A DNA stretch of 64,000 bases from Candidatus Egaibacter danicus (lineage in GTDB: Bacteria; Pseudomonadota; Gammaproteobacteria; Burkholderiales; Burkholderiaceae_C): positions 261,082 to 325,081 of the forward strand of contig JADJII010000002.1 in assembly GCA_016707075.1 (NCBI GenBank). Direction: 5' to 3'. The position numbers and the translations under genes were made by a program. Shown here in pieces: positions 47,504-57,560 of the stretch; position 1 is the first letter of the stretch, and each line of letters starts with the position of its first letter. The notes beneath the pieces were generated by a model. That model did not search any database and was not told the origin of the DNA. It saw only the letters and a list, made by a program, of their open reading frames with translations.

Positions 47504-49330
47504 ATGCGTCGAAGCGGCGAACTAGCCTCCCCCTCTCCAGCCCATCCCCACTCTACCGCGCCCGCTCCGGCCCGATCGGACTGGGCCACGTTGCAGCGGC
47601 TGTTTCCCTACCTGTGGCGTTACAAATGGCGGGTGATGGCCGCGCTGGCTTTCATGGTGGGCGCCAAGCTGGCCAACGTCGGTGTGCCCCTGCTGCTGAA
47701 GAATCTGGTCGATGCCATGAGCATCAAGCCGAATGACCCTCAAGCCATGCTGGTGGTGCCCATTGCGCTGCTGATTGGCTATGGCCTGCTGCGTTTGTCC
47801 ACGTCGCTGTTTACGGAACTGCGTGAATTGGTTTTTGCCAAGGCGACTGAAGGTGCGGCACGGAGTATTTCACTGGAGGTGTTTCGACATCTGCATGCCC
47901 TGAGCCTGCGCTTTCACCTGGAGCGGCAGACCGGTGGCATGACGCGCGATATTGAACGCGGCACCCGTGGTGTTCACTCGCTCATCAGTTATTCGCTATA
48001 CAGCATCATTCCCACGTTGATTGAAGTCACGCTGGTGCTGACGTTGCTCGCCGTCAAGTTTGACATGTGGTTCGCCTGGATCACCATCATTGCCTTGGTG
48101 TTTTATGTGAGTTTCACCGTGACCGTGACCGAGTGGCGCACGCAGTTTCGCAAGAAGATGAACGAGATGGATTCGACAGCTCATAGCCGCGCCATCGACT
48201 CATTGCTCAACTACGAAACGGTCAAGTACTTCAACAACGAAGAATTCGAAGCCAAACGTTACGATGAAAACCTGGAGCGCTACCGCCGTGCGGCGGTCAA
48301 GAGCCAGACCACGCTGAGTCTGCTCAATACCGGACAGCAACTCATCATTGCGGTTGCGCTGGTCATCATGCTCTATCGCGCGACTCAAGGCGTGGTGGAC
48401 GGGCACATGACGTTGGGCGACCTGGTGATGGTGAATGCCTTCATGATTCAGCTCTACATTCCACTGGGTTTTCTGGGCGTTTTGTACCGCGAGATCAAGC
48501 AGAGCCTGACGGATCTGGACAAGATGTTCCGGCTGATGGAGAGGGAGCGGGAGATAGCCGACAGTCCCAACGCGCATGCCCTGCAGTTAAACGGTTCGCC
48601 AACCATCAGGTTTGAGCATGTCAACTTTGCTTACGATCCAAAGGGTCGGCCCATTCTGCACGACGTCAGTTTTGAAATTCCTGCCGGCAAAACCGTTGCC
48701 GTGGTGGGGCCGTCCGGTGCAGGCAAGTCCACGTTGTCGCGCTTGTTGTTTCGTTTTTATGATGTGCAGCAGGGGCGAATCACCATTGATGGGCAGGACT
48801 TGAAAGATGTGACGCAGACCAGTCTGCGGCGAGCCATCGGTATCGTTCCGCAGGACACGGTGCTTTTCAACGACACGATCGAATACAACATTGCTTACGG
48901 TAACCCTGGCGCCACCCCCGAGCAGGTGCAGGAGGCTGCCAGGTCCGCCCGCATTCATGATTTCATCGTGAGCACACCGGCGGGCTATCAGGCCATGGTG
49001 GGCGAGCGTGGCCTCAAGCTCTCGGGCGGAGAAAAGCAGCGCGTGGCCATCGCCCGCACGCTGCTGAAAGACCCGCCGATCATGATTTTTGACGAGGCCA
49101 CCAGCGCGCTGGACTCTGCCAACGAGCGGGCCATACAGGCCGAGCTGCAAAGCGTGGCGCAGAACAAGACGACTTTGGTCATTGCCCACAGGCTGTCCAC
49201 CGTGGTCGATGCGCATGAAATCCTGGTGATGGATGGCGGGTACATCATTGAGCGCGGCGCTCATGCCGATTTGCTCGCCTTGAACGGGCGCTATGCGTCC
49301 ATGTGGGCCCTGCAACAGTCGGGCGAATAA
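47504..49330 (+). CDS. Atm1/ABCB7-type half-transporter (fused TMD-NBD ABC exporter)
   Basis: ..AIDSLLNYETVKYFNNEEFEAKRYDENL.. is the family hallmark. Walker A GPSGAGKST, signature LSGGEKQR, Walker B IMIFDEATSALD. Confidence 0.85.
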   Translation: MRRSGELASPSPAHPHSTAPAPARSDWATLQRLFPYLWRYKWRVMAALAFMVGAKLANVGVPLLLKNLVDAMSIKPNDPQAMLVVPIALLIGYGLLRLSTSLFTELRELVFAKATEGAARSISLEVFRHLHALSLRFHLERQTGGMTRDIERGTRGVHSLISYSLYSIIPTLIEVTLVLTLLAVKFDMWFAWITIIALVFYVSFTVTVTEWRTQFRKKMNEMDSTAHSRAIDSLLNYETVKYFNNEEFEAKRYDENLERYRRAAVKSQTTLSLLNTGQQLIIAVALVIMLYRATQGVVDGHMTLGDLVMVNAFMIQLYIPLGFLGVLYREIKQSLTDLDKMFRLMEREREIADSPNAHALQLNGSPTIRFEHVNFAYDPKGRPILHDVSFEIPAGKTVAVVGPSGAGKSTLSRLLFRFYDVQQGRITIDGQDLKDVTQTSLRRAIGIVPQDTVLFNDTIEYNIAYGNPGATPEQVQEAARSARIHDFIVSTPAGYQAMVGERGLKLSGGEKQRVAIARTLLKDPPIMIFDEATSALDSANERAIQAELQSVAQNKTTLVIAHRLSTVVDAHEILVMDGGYIIERGAHADLLALNGRYASMWALQQSGE

Positions 49331-49345
49331 CGGCGCATCTTGGGT

Positions 49346-49376
49346 GGCGCATTATGCATTTCGTGCATAATGCGCC
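49346..49376. promoter_or_regulatory. Perfect 13-bp inverted repeat GGCGCATTATGCA-tttcg-TGCATAATGCGCC
   Basis: Lies between the ABC exporter stop (49330) and the LysR start (49379). A GGCGCAT half-site is also repeated at 49332-49338. Confidence 0.4.
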
Positions 49377-49378
49377 CA

Positions 49379-50377
49379 ATGGAAACCAAATGGCTCGAAG
49401 ATTTCGTCTCCCTCGCTGAAACCCGTAGTTTCAGCCGTTCGGCGCAATTGCGCCACGTCACCCAGCCGGCCTTCTCGCGGCGCATTCAGTCGCTGGAGGC
49501 ATGGGCGGGCACGGATCTGGTGGACCGCAGCAGTTATCCCACCCGGCTCACACCTGCTGGCGAGACGCTATACGACCAGTCGCTGGAAATGTTGCAGGCG
49601 TTGCAGAGCACACGTGCCATGCTTCGCGGCCATACATCCGCCGCGCAGGATGTGATTGAATTTGCGGTGCCCCACACGCTGGCGTTCACGTTTTTTCCGG
49701 CGTGGGTATCCAGCCTGCGCGAGAAATTCGGACCCATCAAGAGCCGCCTGATTGCACTCAACGTGCATGACGCCGTGTTGCGTCTGGTAGAGGGCAGTTG
49801 TGACCTGCTCATTGCCTACCACCACAGCTCACAGCCCTTCCAGCTGGATCCCGAACGGTATGAAATGGTGAGCCTGGGCGAGGAGGTTATAGCCCCGTAC
49901 GTGAAGCCTGATGCCGATGGCACGCCAATGTTCATCCTGCCCGGACGCCCTGGCAATCTGTTGCCTTACCTGGGCTATGCGCCAGGAGCCTATCTGGGCC
50001 AGATGGTGGACCTGATCCTCAAGGAATCTGCCACGGCCATTCATTTTGACCGCGTGTATGAAACCGATATGGCCGAGGGCCTGAAAGCCATGGCGCTGGA
50101 AGGGCATGGCATTGCGTTCCTGCCCTTCAGCGCGGTCAAGAAGGAGTTGCGCGCACGAAAACTGGTCAGTGCATTGCCCCCTGACATGAGTGGTCTGCAG
50201 ATCACCATGGATGTGCGGGCCTACCGTGAACGACCTGTCAGCAGTGACAGCAGTCGAAGCTCGGCTCGTGGACAACGGGTGGCCGTGCAGTCCCCCAAAA
50301 GCAAGACACAGGCTGCCAAAGGTACGGCCCAGGCCCTGTGGGATTACCTGCTGACCCAGTCAGTCGAAAAAACCTGA
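49379..50377 (+). CDS. LysR-family transcriptional regulator
   Basis: [43 protein letters not shown], with a long low-complexity C-terminal tail. Confidence 0.85.
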   Translation: METKWLEDFVSLAETRSFSRSAQLRHVTQPAFSRRIQSLEAWAGTDLVDRSSYPTRLTPAGETLYDQSLEMLQALQSTRAMLRGHTSAAQDVIEFAVPHTLAFTFFPAWVSSLREKFGPIKSRLIALNVHDAVLRLVEGSCDLLIAYHHSSQPFQLDPERYEMVSLGEEVIAPYVKPDADGTPMFILPGRPGNLLPYLGYAPGAYLGQMVDLILKESATAIHFDRVYETDMAEGLKAMALEGHGIAFLPFSAVKKELRARKLVSALPPDMSGLQITMDVRAYRERPVSSDSSRSSARGQRVAVQSPKSKTQAAKGTAQALWDYLLTQSVEKT

Positions 50378-50418
50378 TCTGTCCGTATTTGGAGCCTGCG
50401 CTTTTGGGACAATGTCGC

Positions 50419-51474
50419 ATGACCGCAACCCGAAATTCCCAGGCTTCACAACAGCTCACCATCACCCGCCCGGACGACTGGCACCTGCATGTGCGCGATG
50501 GTGACGCGCTCAAAACTGTCGTGCCCCACACGGCAGCGCAGTTTGGCCGAGCCATCATCATGCCCAACCTGAAGCCGCCGGTGACCACGGCGGCGCAGGC
50601 GCTCGCCTATGCCGACCGCATCCGTGCGGCAGTGCCAGAAGGCGTGAAGTTCGATCCTTTGATGACGCTGTACCTTACCGACAACCTGCCGGCGGACGAA
50701 ATCCGTCGGGCCAAAGATGCCGGTGTTGTTGCCGTCAAGCTGTATCCGGCAGGCGCCACCACCAACAGCGATGCGGGTGTGACCGACCTGCGCAAGACCT
50801 ATAAAACACTGGAGGCCATGCAGCGCGAAGGCTTGCCGCTCCTGGTGCATGGTGAAGTGACCTCACCCGACATTGACCTGTTTGACCGGGAGGCCGTATT
50901 CATCGACACCCAATTGATTCCCCTGCGGCGTGATTTCCCGGAACTGAAAATTGTTTTTGAACACATCACCACGCGTGAAGCGGCGCACTATGTTCAGGCG
51001 GCAGACCGCTTCACCGCAGCCACCATCACGGCGCACCACCTGCTGTACAACCGCAACGCCATTTTCACCGGCGGCATCCGGCCGCATTACTACTGTCTAC
51101 CGGTTCTGAAGCGGGAAACCCACCGTCTGGCGCTGGTGGAGGCTGCGACCAGTGGCAGCGTGAACTTCTTCCTCGGCACCGACAGCGCACCGCATCCCGC
51201 CCACCTGAAAGAACATGCCACGGGTTGTGCCGGGTGTTACACCGCACATGCTGCAATGGAAATGTATGCTGAAGTTTTTGATGCAGCAGGTGCTCTGGAT
51301 AAATTGGAGGGATTTGCGAGTTTTTATGGCGCTGATTTTTATGGCTTGCCGCGCAATACCGGTCGCATCACTTTGAAGCGTGAATCGTGGACACCACCTG
51401 AGAGTTTTTCATTTGGAGATGCTGCGTTGAAACCCCTGCGCTCGGGCGAAGCATTGCTGTGGCGCCTGGCCTAG
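50419..51474 (+). CDS. pyrC: Dihydroorotase, homodimeric type
   Basis: ..[11 protein letters not shown].., ..IMPNL.PP.., ..[11 protein letters not shown].., ..FEHITT.., ..FLGTDSAPH... Confidence 0.9.
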   Translation: MTATRNSQASQQLTITRPDDWHLHVRDGDALKTVVPHTAAQFGRAIIMPNLKPPVTTAAQALAYADRIRAAVPEGVKFDPLMTLYLTDNLPADEIRRAKDAGVVAVKLYPAGATTNSDAGVTDLRKTYKTLEAMQREGLPLLVHGEVTSPDIDLFDREAVFIDTQLIPLRRDFPELKIVFEHITTREAAHYVQAADRFTAATITAHHLLYNRNAIFTGGIRPHYYCLPVLKRETHRLALVEAATSGSVNFFLGTDSAPHPAHLKEHATGCAGCYTAHAAMEMYAEVFDAAGALDKLEGFASFYGADFYGLPRNTGRITLKRESWTPPESFSFGDAALKPLRSGEALLWRLA

Positions 51475-52211
51475 AAGGTATCAACTGGCTGGCCCCCTGG
51501 CTGGCTCCCTACCAGGAGTTGGGCCAGCGCATTGCCCATTTGACAGACGCAGGCCAGACGTGCGCGCAATCGCTGAACGCACAGAACGCTTGTCCCGTGG
51601 CATTTGTTCCGCAATCGGATTTGCCGGCAGGCGTGGCCTACGAAGAGTTCATCTTCAATACGGGCAAGGTTCCGACACGCGATGGTCTGCACGACTTCTT
51701 CAATGGTTTGTGCTGGATGCATTTTCCGCAAACCAAGCAGCGCCTGAACCAGTTGCAGGCAGCTCAAATTGCCCTGACCGGCATCCAGCCCGTGCGTGGA
51801 CCTGCGCGCGACGCACTCACGGTATTTGACGAAAACGCCGCTTTCTTGCAGGCACCTGATGCATTGTGGGAGGCGTTGGTGGCCAAAGACTGGCACGCCC
51901 TGTTTGTCACACTGCGTCCGCTTTGGGGCCAGGCTCACCTGGTGTTATTTGGACACGCGCTGCTGGAGAAGCTGGTTTCCCCCCGAAAAGCGATCACAGC
52001 CCACGTGTATCGTGCGCAGTCAGCTACCAATTCAATAGCAAATCTGGATGATTGGGTAGCGGCTGACTTGAGCGCCGAAAGGCTCTCCGGCAAACCTTTT
52101 GCGCATTTGCCGGTATTGGGGGTGCCACTCTGGTGTTCAGAGAACGAAGATCCGGCGTTCTACGAAGACACCACGGTATTTCGCGCCAATAACCGTAAAT
52201 CTCATGTGTAA
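51459..52211 (+). CDS. DUF3025-family protein
   Basis: 250-aa conserved-looking ORF immediately after pyrC (GTG start overlapping it). Motif ..[18 protein letters not shown]... Confidence 0.55.
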   Translation: MAPGLEGINWLAPWLAPYQELGQRIAHLTDAGQTCAQSLNAQNACPVAFVPQSDLPAGVAYEEFIFNTGKVPTRDGLHDFFNGLCWMHFPQTKQRLNQLQAAQIALTGIQPVRGPARDALTVFDENAAFLQAPDALWEALVAKDWHALFVTLRPLWGQAHLVLFGHALLEKLVSPRKAITAHVYRAQSATNSIANLDDWVAADLSAERLSGKPFAHLPVLGVPLWCSENEDPAFYEDTTVFRANNRKSHV

Positions 52212-52298
52212 ACCGCCATGCTGCCTTGATTTTTGGCCTGTTGGCCCTACCATTTGCGCCTGTGGCCCCTCTAGCCGGGGCTGTTTTAGAAGGAAACC

Positions 52299-53174
52299 AT
52301 GAAACGTATTGTTCTGTTTGTCATGACCAACCTCGCTGTCGTGGTGGTCTTGGGCATCGTTGCCAACCTCCTTGGCGTCAACCGATATCTGACTGCAAAC
52401 GGCCTTGATTTGGGTGCCCTGCTCGGTTTCGCGCTGGTCATGGGTTTTGGTGGTGCGATCATTTCTCTGCTGATCAGCAAGCCGGTTGCCAAGTGGAGCT
52501 CAGGCGTTCGCGTCATCAATGACGCACAAAACGCCGACGAAGCCTGGATCGTGGAAACTGTGCGCAAGTTCGCTGACAAGGCGGGCATTGGCATGCCGGA
52601 AGTGGGCATCTTCGAAGGCGCACCCAATGCGTTTGCCACGGGTGCATTCAAGAACTCGGCGCTGGTGGCGGTGTCCACCGGTTTGCTGCAGGGAATGACG
52701 CGTGAAGAAGTCGAGGCCGTCATCGGGCACGAGATTGCACACGTCTCCAATGGTGACATGGTCACCATGACGCTGATCCAGGGTGTGATGAACACGTTTG
52801 TGGTGTTTCTGAGCCGCGTGATCGGTTACGCGGTGGATAGCTTCCTGCGACGTGGCAATGATCGTGACACGGGCCCCGGCATTGGCTACATGATCACCAC
52901 CATCGTGCTGGATATCGTGTTGGGTTTTGTCGCCGCCATCATCGTGGCCTGGTTCTCGCGTCAGCGTGAGTTCCGTGCCGATGCCGGGGCTGCCGGATTG
53001 ATGGGGCGCAAGCAGCCCATGATCAACGCCCTGGCCCGTTTGGGTGGCATGACACCGGCCGAATTGCCCAAGAGCATGGCGGCAATGGGTATTGCCGGCG
53101 GTATCGGCAAGCTGTTTTCCACTCATCCGCCCATTGAAGAACGCATCGCTGCGCTTCAGACTGCACAAAGCTGA
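52299..53174 (+). CDS. htpX: Membrane zinc protease HtpX
   Basis: HEIAHV zinc motif, four TM segments, ..[10 protein letters not shown]... Confidence 0.9.
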   Translation: MKRIVLFVMTNLAVVVVLGIVANLLGVNRYLTANGLDLGALLGFALVMGFGGAIISLLISKPVAKWSSGVRVINDAQNADEAWIVETVRKFADKAGIGMPEVGIFEGAPNAFATGAFKNSALVAVSTGLLQGMTREEVEAVIGHEIAHVSNGDMVTMTLIQGVMNTFVVFLSRVIGYAVDSFLRRGNDRDTGPGIGYMITTIVLDIVLGFVAAIIVAWFSRQREFRADAGAAGLMGRKQPMINALARLGGMTPAELPKSMAAMGIAGGIGKLFSTHPPIEERIAALQTAQS

Positions 53175-53182
53175 ATCTGATG

Positions 53183-54994
53183 TCAAGCCAGATTCTGGCT
53201 TAGCAAACTGCGCGTCACGGCCTCAGCCACCTTGATGCCGTCTACACCTGCGGACAGGATGCCACCGGCATAACTTGCGCCCTCTCCCGCAGGGTACAGG
53301 CCCGTTACATTGGTGCTCTGCAAATCCTCGCCCCGCGGAATTTTGAGCGGTGAAGAGGTGCGCGTCTCAACGCCGGTCAGCACGGCATCGGCCATGTCAA
53401 ACCCCTTGATCTTGCGTCCGAAGGCGGGCAGTGCTTCGCGTATGGCTTCAATCACATAGGACGGGAGGCTGGTCGCCAGGTCTCCCAGTTTGACGCCGGG
53501 CTTGTAGGACGGCAGCACAGAGCCAAAGCGGGTGGATGGTCGCGCGGCCAGAAAATCACCTACCAGTTGGCCGGGGGCCTCATAACTGCTGCCACCCAAC
53601 GAGTAGGCGCCAGACTCCAGGCGGCGTTGCAAGGCGATGCCGGCCAGTGGATGTGCGCTGTTCTTGTCTTTGGCTTTCATCGCAGCGGCCTGCTGCGCGT
53701 AGCGCACGCCGGCTTCCGGGCCAAAGGCTTCCACGAACGTCGCGTTGTCATAGGGGTAGTCCTGAGGGTCAATACCCACCACGATACCTGCGTTGGCGTT
53801 GCGTTCGTTGCGTGAATACTGGCTCATGCCGTTGGTCACGACGCGACCTGGCTCTGAGGTGGCGGCCACCACCGTGCCTCCCGGGCACATGCAAAAGCTG
53901 TACACGGCACGTCCATTGGCTGCATGGTGAACCAGCTTGTAGTCCGCCGCACCCAGCAGCGGGTGCCCGGCATGACGGCCCCATCTGGCCCGATCAATCA
54001 CGCTTTGCGGATGCTCGATGCGAAAGCCGACAGAGAAGGGTTTGGCCTGCATCGCCACACCCCGCTCGTACAGCATGGCAAAGGTGTCTCGCGCACTGTG
54101 CCCCAGCGCCATGACGACGTGGTCGGCTGGCAACTCTTGCGTTTGGCCTGTGGCCACGTCCAGCACCACAAGCCCGCGCAATTGCTTTTTGCCATTTGAC
54201 TCGTCAATCAGCACGTCTGTCACACGTTGTTCAAAGCGCACTTCACCGCCTAGCGCGATGATCTGCTCGCGCATGTTTTCCACCACCTTCACCAGCTTGA
54301 AAGTGCCGATATGGGGATGTGCCTCGGTCAGAATCTCTGCCGGTGCCCCGGCTTTGACGAATTCGCCCATGACCTTGCGGCCCAGATAACGAGGGTCCTT
54401 GATCTGGCTCCACAACTTGCCGTCAGAAAAGGTACCCGCGCCGCCTTCACCAAACTGCACATTGCTCTCGGGGTTCAATGTCTTCTTGCGCCACAGTCCC
54501 CAGGTGTCTTTGGTTCGCTCGCGTACGGTTTTGCCACGTTCCAGCACGATCGGCCGAAACCCCGTTTGCGCCAGCACCAGCGCTGCAAACATGCCGCAGG
54601 GCCCGAAACCCACCACCACAGGGCGAGCCGCCAAATCAGGCGGAGCCTTACCAACCGGCTGGTAGGTCATGTCAGGAGTCGCTGTGATGTGCGGGTTGCT
54701 GGTGTGGCGTGCGAGCAAAGCAGGCGTGCTGTCAGCGTCCGCCAGGCGCACATCAACGATGTACACCACCATCAACTCGGCCTTGCGTGCGTCAAAGCTG
54801 CGTTTGAAGACTTGCAGTTCTGCAATATCTGCCTCCGCAACGCCCAGCGCCTGCGCGGCTAGGCGTGTCAGTGCTGCTACCGGGTGGGGCACCGGGATAC
54901 GGTCTTCGTCCGTTTCGGCTGGTGCGTCGGATGCCCGGCGCGTGTCCACCGGAACGGCCGACAGGGGAAGTTTCAGTTCAGAGATTCGAATCAT
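53183..54994 (-). CDS. FAD-dependent oxidoreductase (COG2509-like NAD(FAD)-utilising dehydrogenase)
   Basis: VVVGFGPCGMFAALVLA dinucleotide motif; ..FCMCPGG..; C-terminal ..LYPAGEGASYAGGI... Confidence 0.7.
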   Translation of the reverse strand: MIRISELKLPLSAVPVDTRRASDAPAETDEDRIPVPHPVAALTRLAAQALGVAEADIAELQVFKRSFDARKAELMVVYIVDVRLADADSTPALLARHTSNPHITATPDMTYQPVGKAPPDLAARPVVVGFGPCGMFAALVLAQTGFRPIVLERGKTVRERTKDTWGLWRKKTLNPESNVQFGEGGAGTFSDGKLWSQIKDPRYLGRKVMGEFVKAGAPAEILTEAHPHIGTFKLVKVVENMREQIIALGGEVRFEQRVTDVLIDESNGKKQLRGLVVLDVATGQTQELPADHVVMALGHSARDTFAMLYERGVAMQAKPFSVGFRIEHPQSVIDRARWGRHAGHPLLGAADYKLVHHAANGRAVYSFCMCPGGTVVAATSEPGRVVTNGMSQYSRNERNANAGIVVGIDPQDYPYDNATFVEAFGPEAGVRYAQQAAAMKAKDKNSAHPLAGIALQRRLESGAYSLGGSSYEAPGQLVGDFLAARPSTRFGSVLPSYKPGVKLGDLATSLPSYVIEAIREALPAFGRKIKGFDMADAVLTGVETRTSSPLKIPRGEDLQSTNVTGLYPAGEGASYAGGILSAGVDGIKVAEAVTRSLLSQNLA

Positions 54995-55035
54995 GGCGGG
55001 CTCGTGGTGATCAAGCAGCCGCCAATGATACGTTC

Positions 55036-55953
55036 TCAGGTGGGCAGGAAACCTTCGATCGACAGGTAGCGCTCACCCGTGTCGTAGTTGAACCCCAGAA
55101 TGGTGGAACCTGCCGGTAACTCGGGCAGTTTTTGTGCAATGGCAGCCAGCGTGGCGCCGCTGGAAATGCCCACCAGAATGCCTTCTTCAGCCGCGCTGCG
55201 GCGTGCGTATTCGCGCGCGGGTTCTGCGTCCACCTGAATCACGCCGTCCAGCAACTCGGTCTTGAGATTTTTCGGAATGAAACCGGCACCAATGCCCTGA
55301 ATCGGGTGAGGTGAGGGCGCTCCACCGTAAATCACCGGCGACGCTGCAGGCTCTACGGCAAACACCTTGAGTTGGGGCCATTTGGCTTTGAGAACCTGCG
55401 CCACGCCACTCAGGTGACCACCCGTGCCCACGCCGGTGATGAGGGCGTCAATGCCACCAGGGAAGTCCGCCAGAATTTCCAGCGCGGTGGTGCGCACATG
55501 CGCTTCGATATTGGCCGGGTTTTCAAACTGCTGTGGAATCCATGCACCTGGCGCGGCTGCGGCCAGTTCCTGCGCACGGGCGATGGCGCCTTTCATGCCT
55601 TTTTCGCGTGGGGTCAGGTCAAAGGTGGCGCCATAAGCGAGCATCAAACGCCGTCGTTCAATGGACATGCTGTCGGGCATGACCAGAATGAGCTTGTAGC
55701 CCTTGACCGCGGCTACCATGGCCAGGCCCACGCCCGTGTTGCCCGAGGTCGGCTCAATGATGGTGGCGCCAGGTTTGAGTTCGCCGCTTTTCTCCGCTGC
55801 CTCCACCATGGCCAGTGCGATTCGGTCCTTGATGGAGCCGCCGGGGTTGCTGCGTTCGGACTTGATATACACCGTATGCGTGTTGCCAAACAGGCGATTG
55901 ATGCGGATGTGGGGCGTATTGCCAATGGTCTGCAGGATGTTGTCGGCTCTCAT
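55036..55953 (-). CDS. cysK: Cysteine synthase (O-acetylserine sulfhydrylase)
   Basis: ..[13 protein letters not shown].. (PLP-lysine), ..TSGNTG.., ..GVGTGG.., ..QGIGAGFIP.., ..GISSGA... Start at ATG 55953, preceded by GGAG. Confidence 0.85.
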   Translation of the reverse strand: MRADNILQTIGNTPHIRINRLFGNTHTVYIKSERSNPGGSIKDRIALAMVEAAEKSGELKPGATIIEPTSGNTGVGLAMVAAVKGYKLILVMPDSMSIERRRLMLAYGATFDLTPREKGMKGAIARAQELAAAAPGAWIPQQFENPANIEAHVRTTALEILADFPGGIDALITGVGTGGHLSGVAQVLKAKWPQLKVFAVEPAASPVIYGGAPSPHPIQGIGAGFIPKNLKTELLDGVIQVDAEPAREYARRSAAEEGILVGISSGATLAAIAQKLPELPAGSTILGFNYDTGERYLSIEGFLPT

Positions 55954-56047
55954 GTCTGGCTCCGGTGTGAATAAAGACATTCGCATTTTGAGCTACTTCA
56001 TCAATGCGTTTTGATATATGGTTATCAATAGCCGCGATAATGATGGC

Positions 56048-56393
56048 GTGAAGCCCGCCAGACTGCCGCTGGTGCAATCCTGGAAACAGGGCACTGGAGG
56101 AACGTCCGGACTGCATAGGGCAGCGTAGCAGCTAACGGCTGTCCACTGAAAGCCTTTCGTGAAAGCGATGGGTATAAGGTGAGGATCAGAGCAACAGAGA
56201 CGAGCCGCTTGAGTGCGGGTGAAACGGGCAATCTCTACGCGCAGCAATACCAAGTAGGCACACGTTGACGGGGCCCCCGGAGTGTGCGGGTAGGTAGCAC
56301 CGAGCCACTGAGCGATCAGTGGCCCAGATTAATGGCAGTCACGTTGGAGGCAACTTCAACGCACAGAATCCGGCTTATCGGTGGGCTTCACAC
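56048..56393 (+). ncRNA. rnpB: RNase P RNA, bacterial type A
   Basis: P1 pairing GUGAAGCCCGCC / GGUGGGCUUCAC. Universal blocks GGAGGAACGUCCGGAC, CAUAGGGCAG, GCAACAGAGA, GGGUGAAACGG, ACAGAAUCCGGCUUAUCGG, colinear with E. coli M1 RNA. Followed by a T6 tract. Confidence 0.9.
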
Positions 56394-56426
56394 TTTTTTG
56401 TCTCCGGGCCGCGCTGGAGAAAACGC

Positions 56427-56504
56427 GGCAAGGCACACCCGCACGCCGGAGCCTCATACGCTTCGCTTTTTGAAATCGGCTCCAGCATGCGGGTGTGCCT
56501 TGCC
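56427..56504 (-). repeat. Long hairpin element, copy 1 (27-bp stem, 24-nt conserved loop; orientation defined by the loop sequence)
   Basis: ggcaaggcacacccgcacgccggagcc / tcatacgcttcgctttttgaaatc / ggctccagcatgcgggtgtgccttgcc: 25 Watson-Crick pairs plus two positions that are G-T only on the minus strand. Confidence 0.8.
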
Positions 56505-56611
56505 ACTTGCCTCTTCAGTGTCAAGCTATAGTGCGGGCAACGAAACTTGAGGCAATTGATCCAGCAGCCGGGTTGACTTCAAAACCTGCATGCTGCTTTT
56601 CCGGGGTTGTT

Positions 56612-56740
56612 ATGACTGTTCATTTGTCCGGCATGGCGACTGAAAGCCTTGTTATAAGCGGGTTTGCGCTGATATCGGTTGCCTGTGTCAGGGCGATAGT
56701 GGCGATGTTGCGGACACAGAAAGCTGTGTCTCTATATTGA
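56612..56740 (+). CDS. Hypothetical 42-aa single-pass membrane peptide
   Basis: MTVHLSGMATESLVISGFALISVACVRAIVAMLRTQKAVSLY. It ends 13 nt before the HEPN-like ORF. There is no strong ribosome-binding site, so coding status is unproven. Confidence 0.3.
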   Translation: MTVHLSGMATESLVISGFALISVACVRAIVAMLRTQKAVSLY

Positions 56741-56752
56741 GTTGGGCTTCTC

Positions 56753-57424
56753 GTGAGCGCGCGCGTTGACCATGAAGACCTTGCCGTTGGTGCGTGCTAC
56801 GCGATGGCGCACGCTGTCAACGTTCTCGAGGATGCCGCGATCCTGTACTCACAGAAGCGCGCCTCAAGCAGCTTCCACCTTGCTGTCATGGCTCGCGAGG
56901 AACTTGGACGCTTCAATCTTCTCGCGGAGCTGCATTACGGATTGCCCGCCAACGAGTGCGTTGACGCCACCGAGCTCGCGCGACACTTGGAACCTCACAA
57001 GATTAAGCTTCTGGCAGGCCAATCGGTTGTGCCCGTGCCTATGACGCCCGAGCAACTAAAGGCGTGGCAAGCCGCCATCGAGCGAAATGATGAAACGGCG
57101 AGTTCAGCCATCTCACAACAGATTCGCACGAGCGCCGCAAAGCTGAAGCCTCACCAAGCGGCGGCGTTGCACCAACGTCGACTCAAGGCTCAATATGTTG
57201 ACCTTGACCCACAAACGGGTCAATGGTCCCGCCCCTCCGAAGTGTCGATGGCTGACGCGTCCACGCTCATCCGCATCGTCATGGCTGAGATTGCAAATGC
57301 ACTTATTGCCGCTCAGGGTGCTGCGTGGCTTCACGCCGCATTCGCTAGCATCGGAGAACGCAGAACTGAAATGGGCCCGTTCATGCATCGCATCTTTGCG
57401 CGTCTGGGCGAAGGCGATGCCTAA
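56753..57424 (+). CDS. HEPN-domain protein resembling the AbiV abortive-infection family
   Basis: 223 aa, helical-looking. ..AVNVLEDAAILYSQ..FHLAVMAREELGRFNLL.. is followed by ARHLEPHKIKL (an R-x4-H motif). GTG start. The call rests on remembered family features only. Confidence 0.45.
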   Translation: MSARVDHEDLAVGACYAMAHAVNVLEDAAILYSQKRASSSFHLAVMAREELGRFNLLAELHYGLPANECVDATELARHLEPHKIKLLAGQSVVPVPMTPEQLKAWQAAIERNDETASSAISQQIRTSAAKLKPHQAAALHQRRLKAQYVDLDPQTGQWSRPSEVSMADASTLIRIVMAEIANALIAAQGAAWLHAAFASIGERRTEMGPFMHRIFARLGEGDA

Positions 57425-57474
57425 ACGTTCTTTCTGAATGTCCCTTTAAGGCCCCTCAAACCTCAACCACTGCA

Positions 57475-57560
57475 GTGCGGCGAGTCAGGCGCGAATGTTG
57501 GGGGCGATTTCAAAAAGCGAAGCGTATGAGCCCCCGGCATTCGCGGCTGACTCGCCGCAC
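57475..57560 (+). repeat. Long hairpin element, copy 2 (31-bp stem, identical 24-nt loop)
   Basis: gtgcggcgagtcaggcgcgaatgttgggggc / gatttcaaaaagcgaagcgtatga / gcccccggcattcgcggctgactcgccgcac: 28 Watson-Crick pairs, 2 G-T, 1 mismatch. The loop is the exact reverse complement of the copy 1 loop. Confidence 0.8.

Noticed and set aside
52225-52255. Possible sigma-32-type heat-shock promoter upstream of htpX (CTTGATT..N13..CCCTACCATTT)
   Set aside because: It only loosely resembles the CTTGAAA/CCCCATNT consensus and the spacing is ambiguous. It is not supportable without transcript mapping.
56011-56041. Candidate rnpB promoter (TTGATA .. GATAAT)
   Set aside because: The spacer is about 19 nt, which is longer than optimal, and alternative hexamers exist. 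It is too uncertain to annotate.
56394-56504. Hairpin copy 1 read as nothing more than the rnpB terminator
   Set aside because: rnpB is already followed by a T6 tract at 56394-56399. The hairpin has a 24-nt conserved loop, no U-tract, wobble pairs compatible only with the minus strand, and a second copy 1 kb away. A pure terminator role does not explain these features, although some termination activity cannot be excluded.
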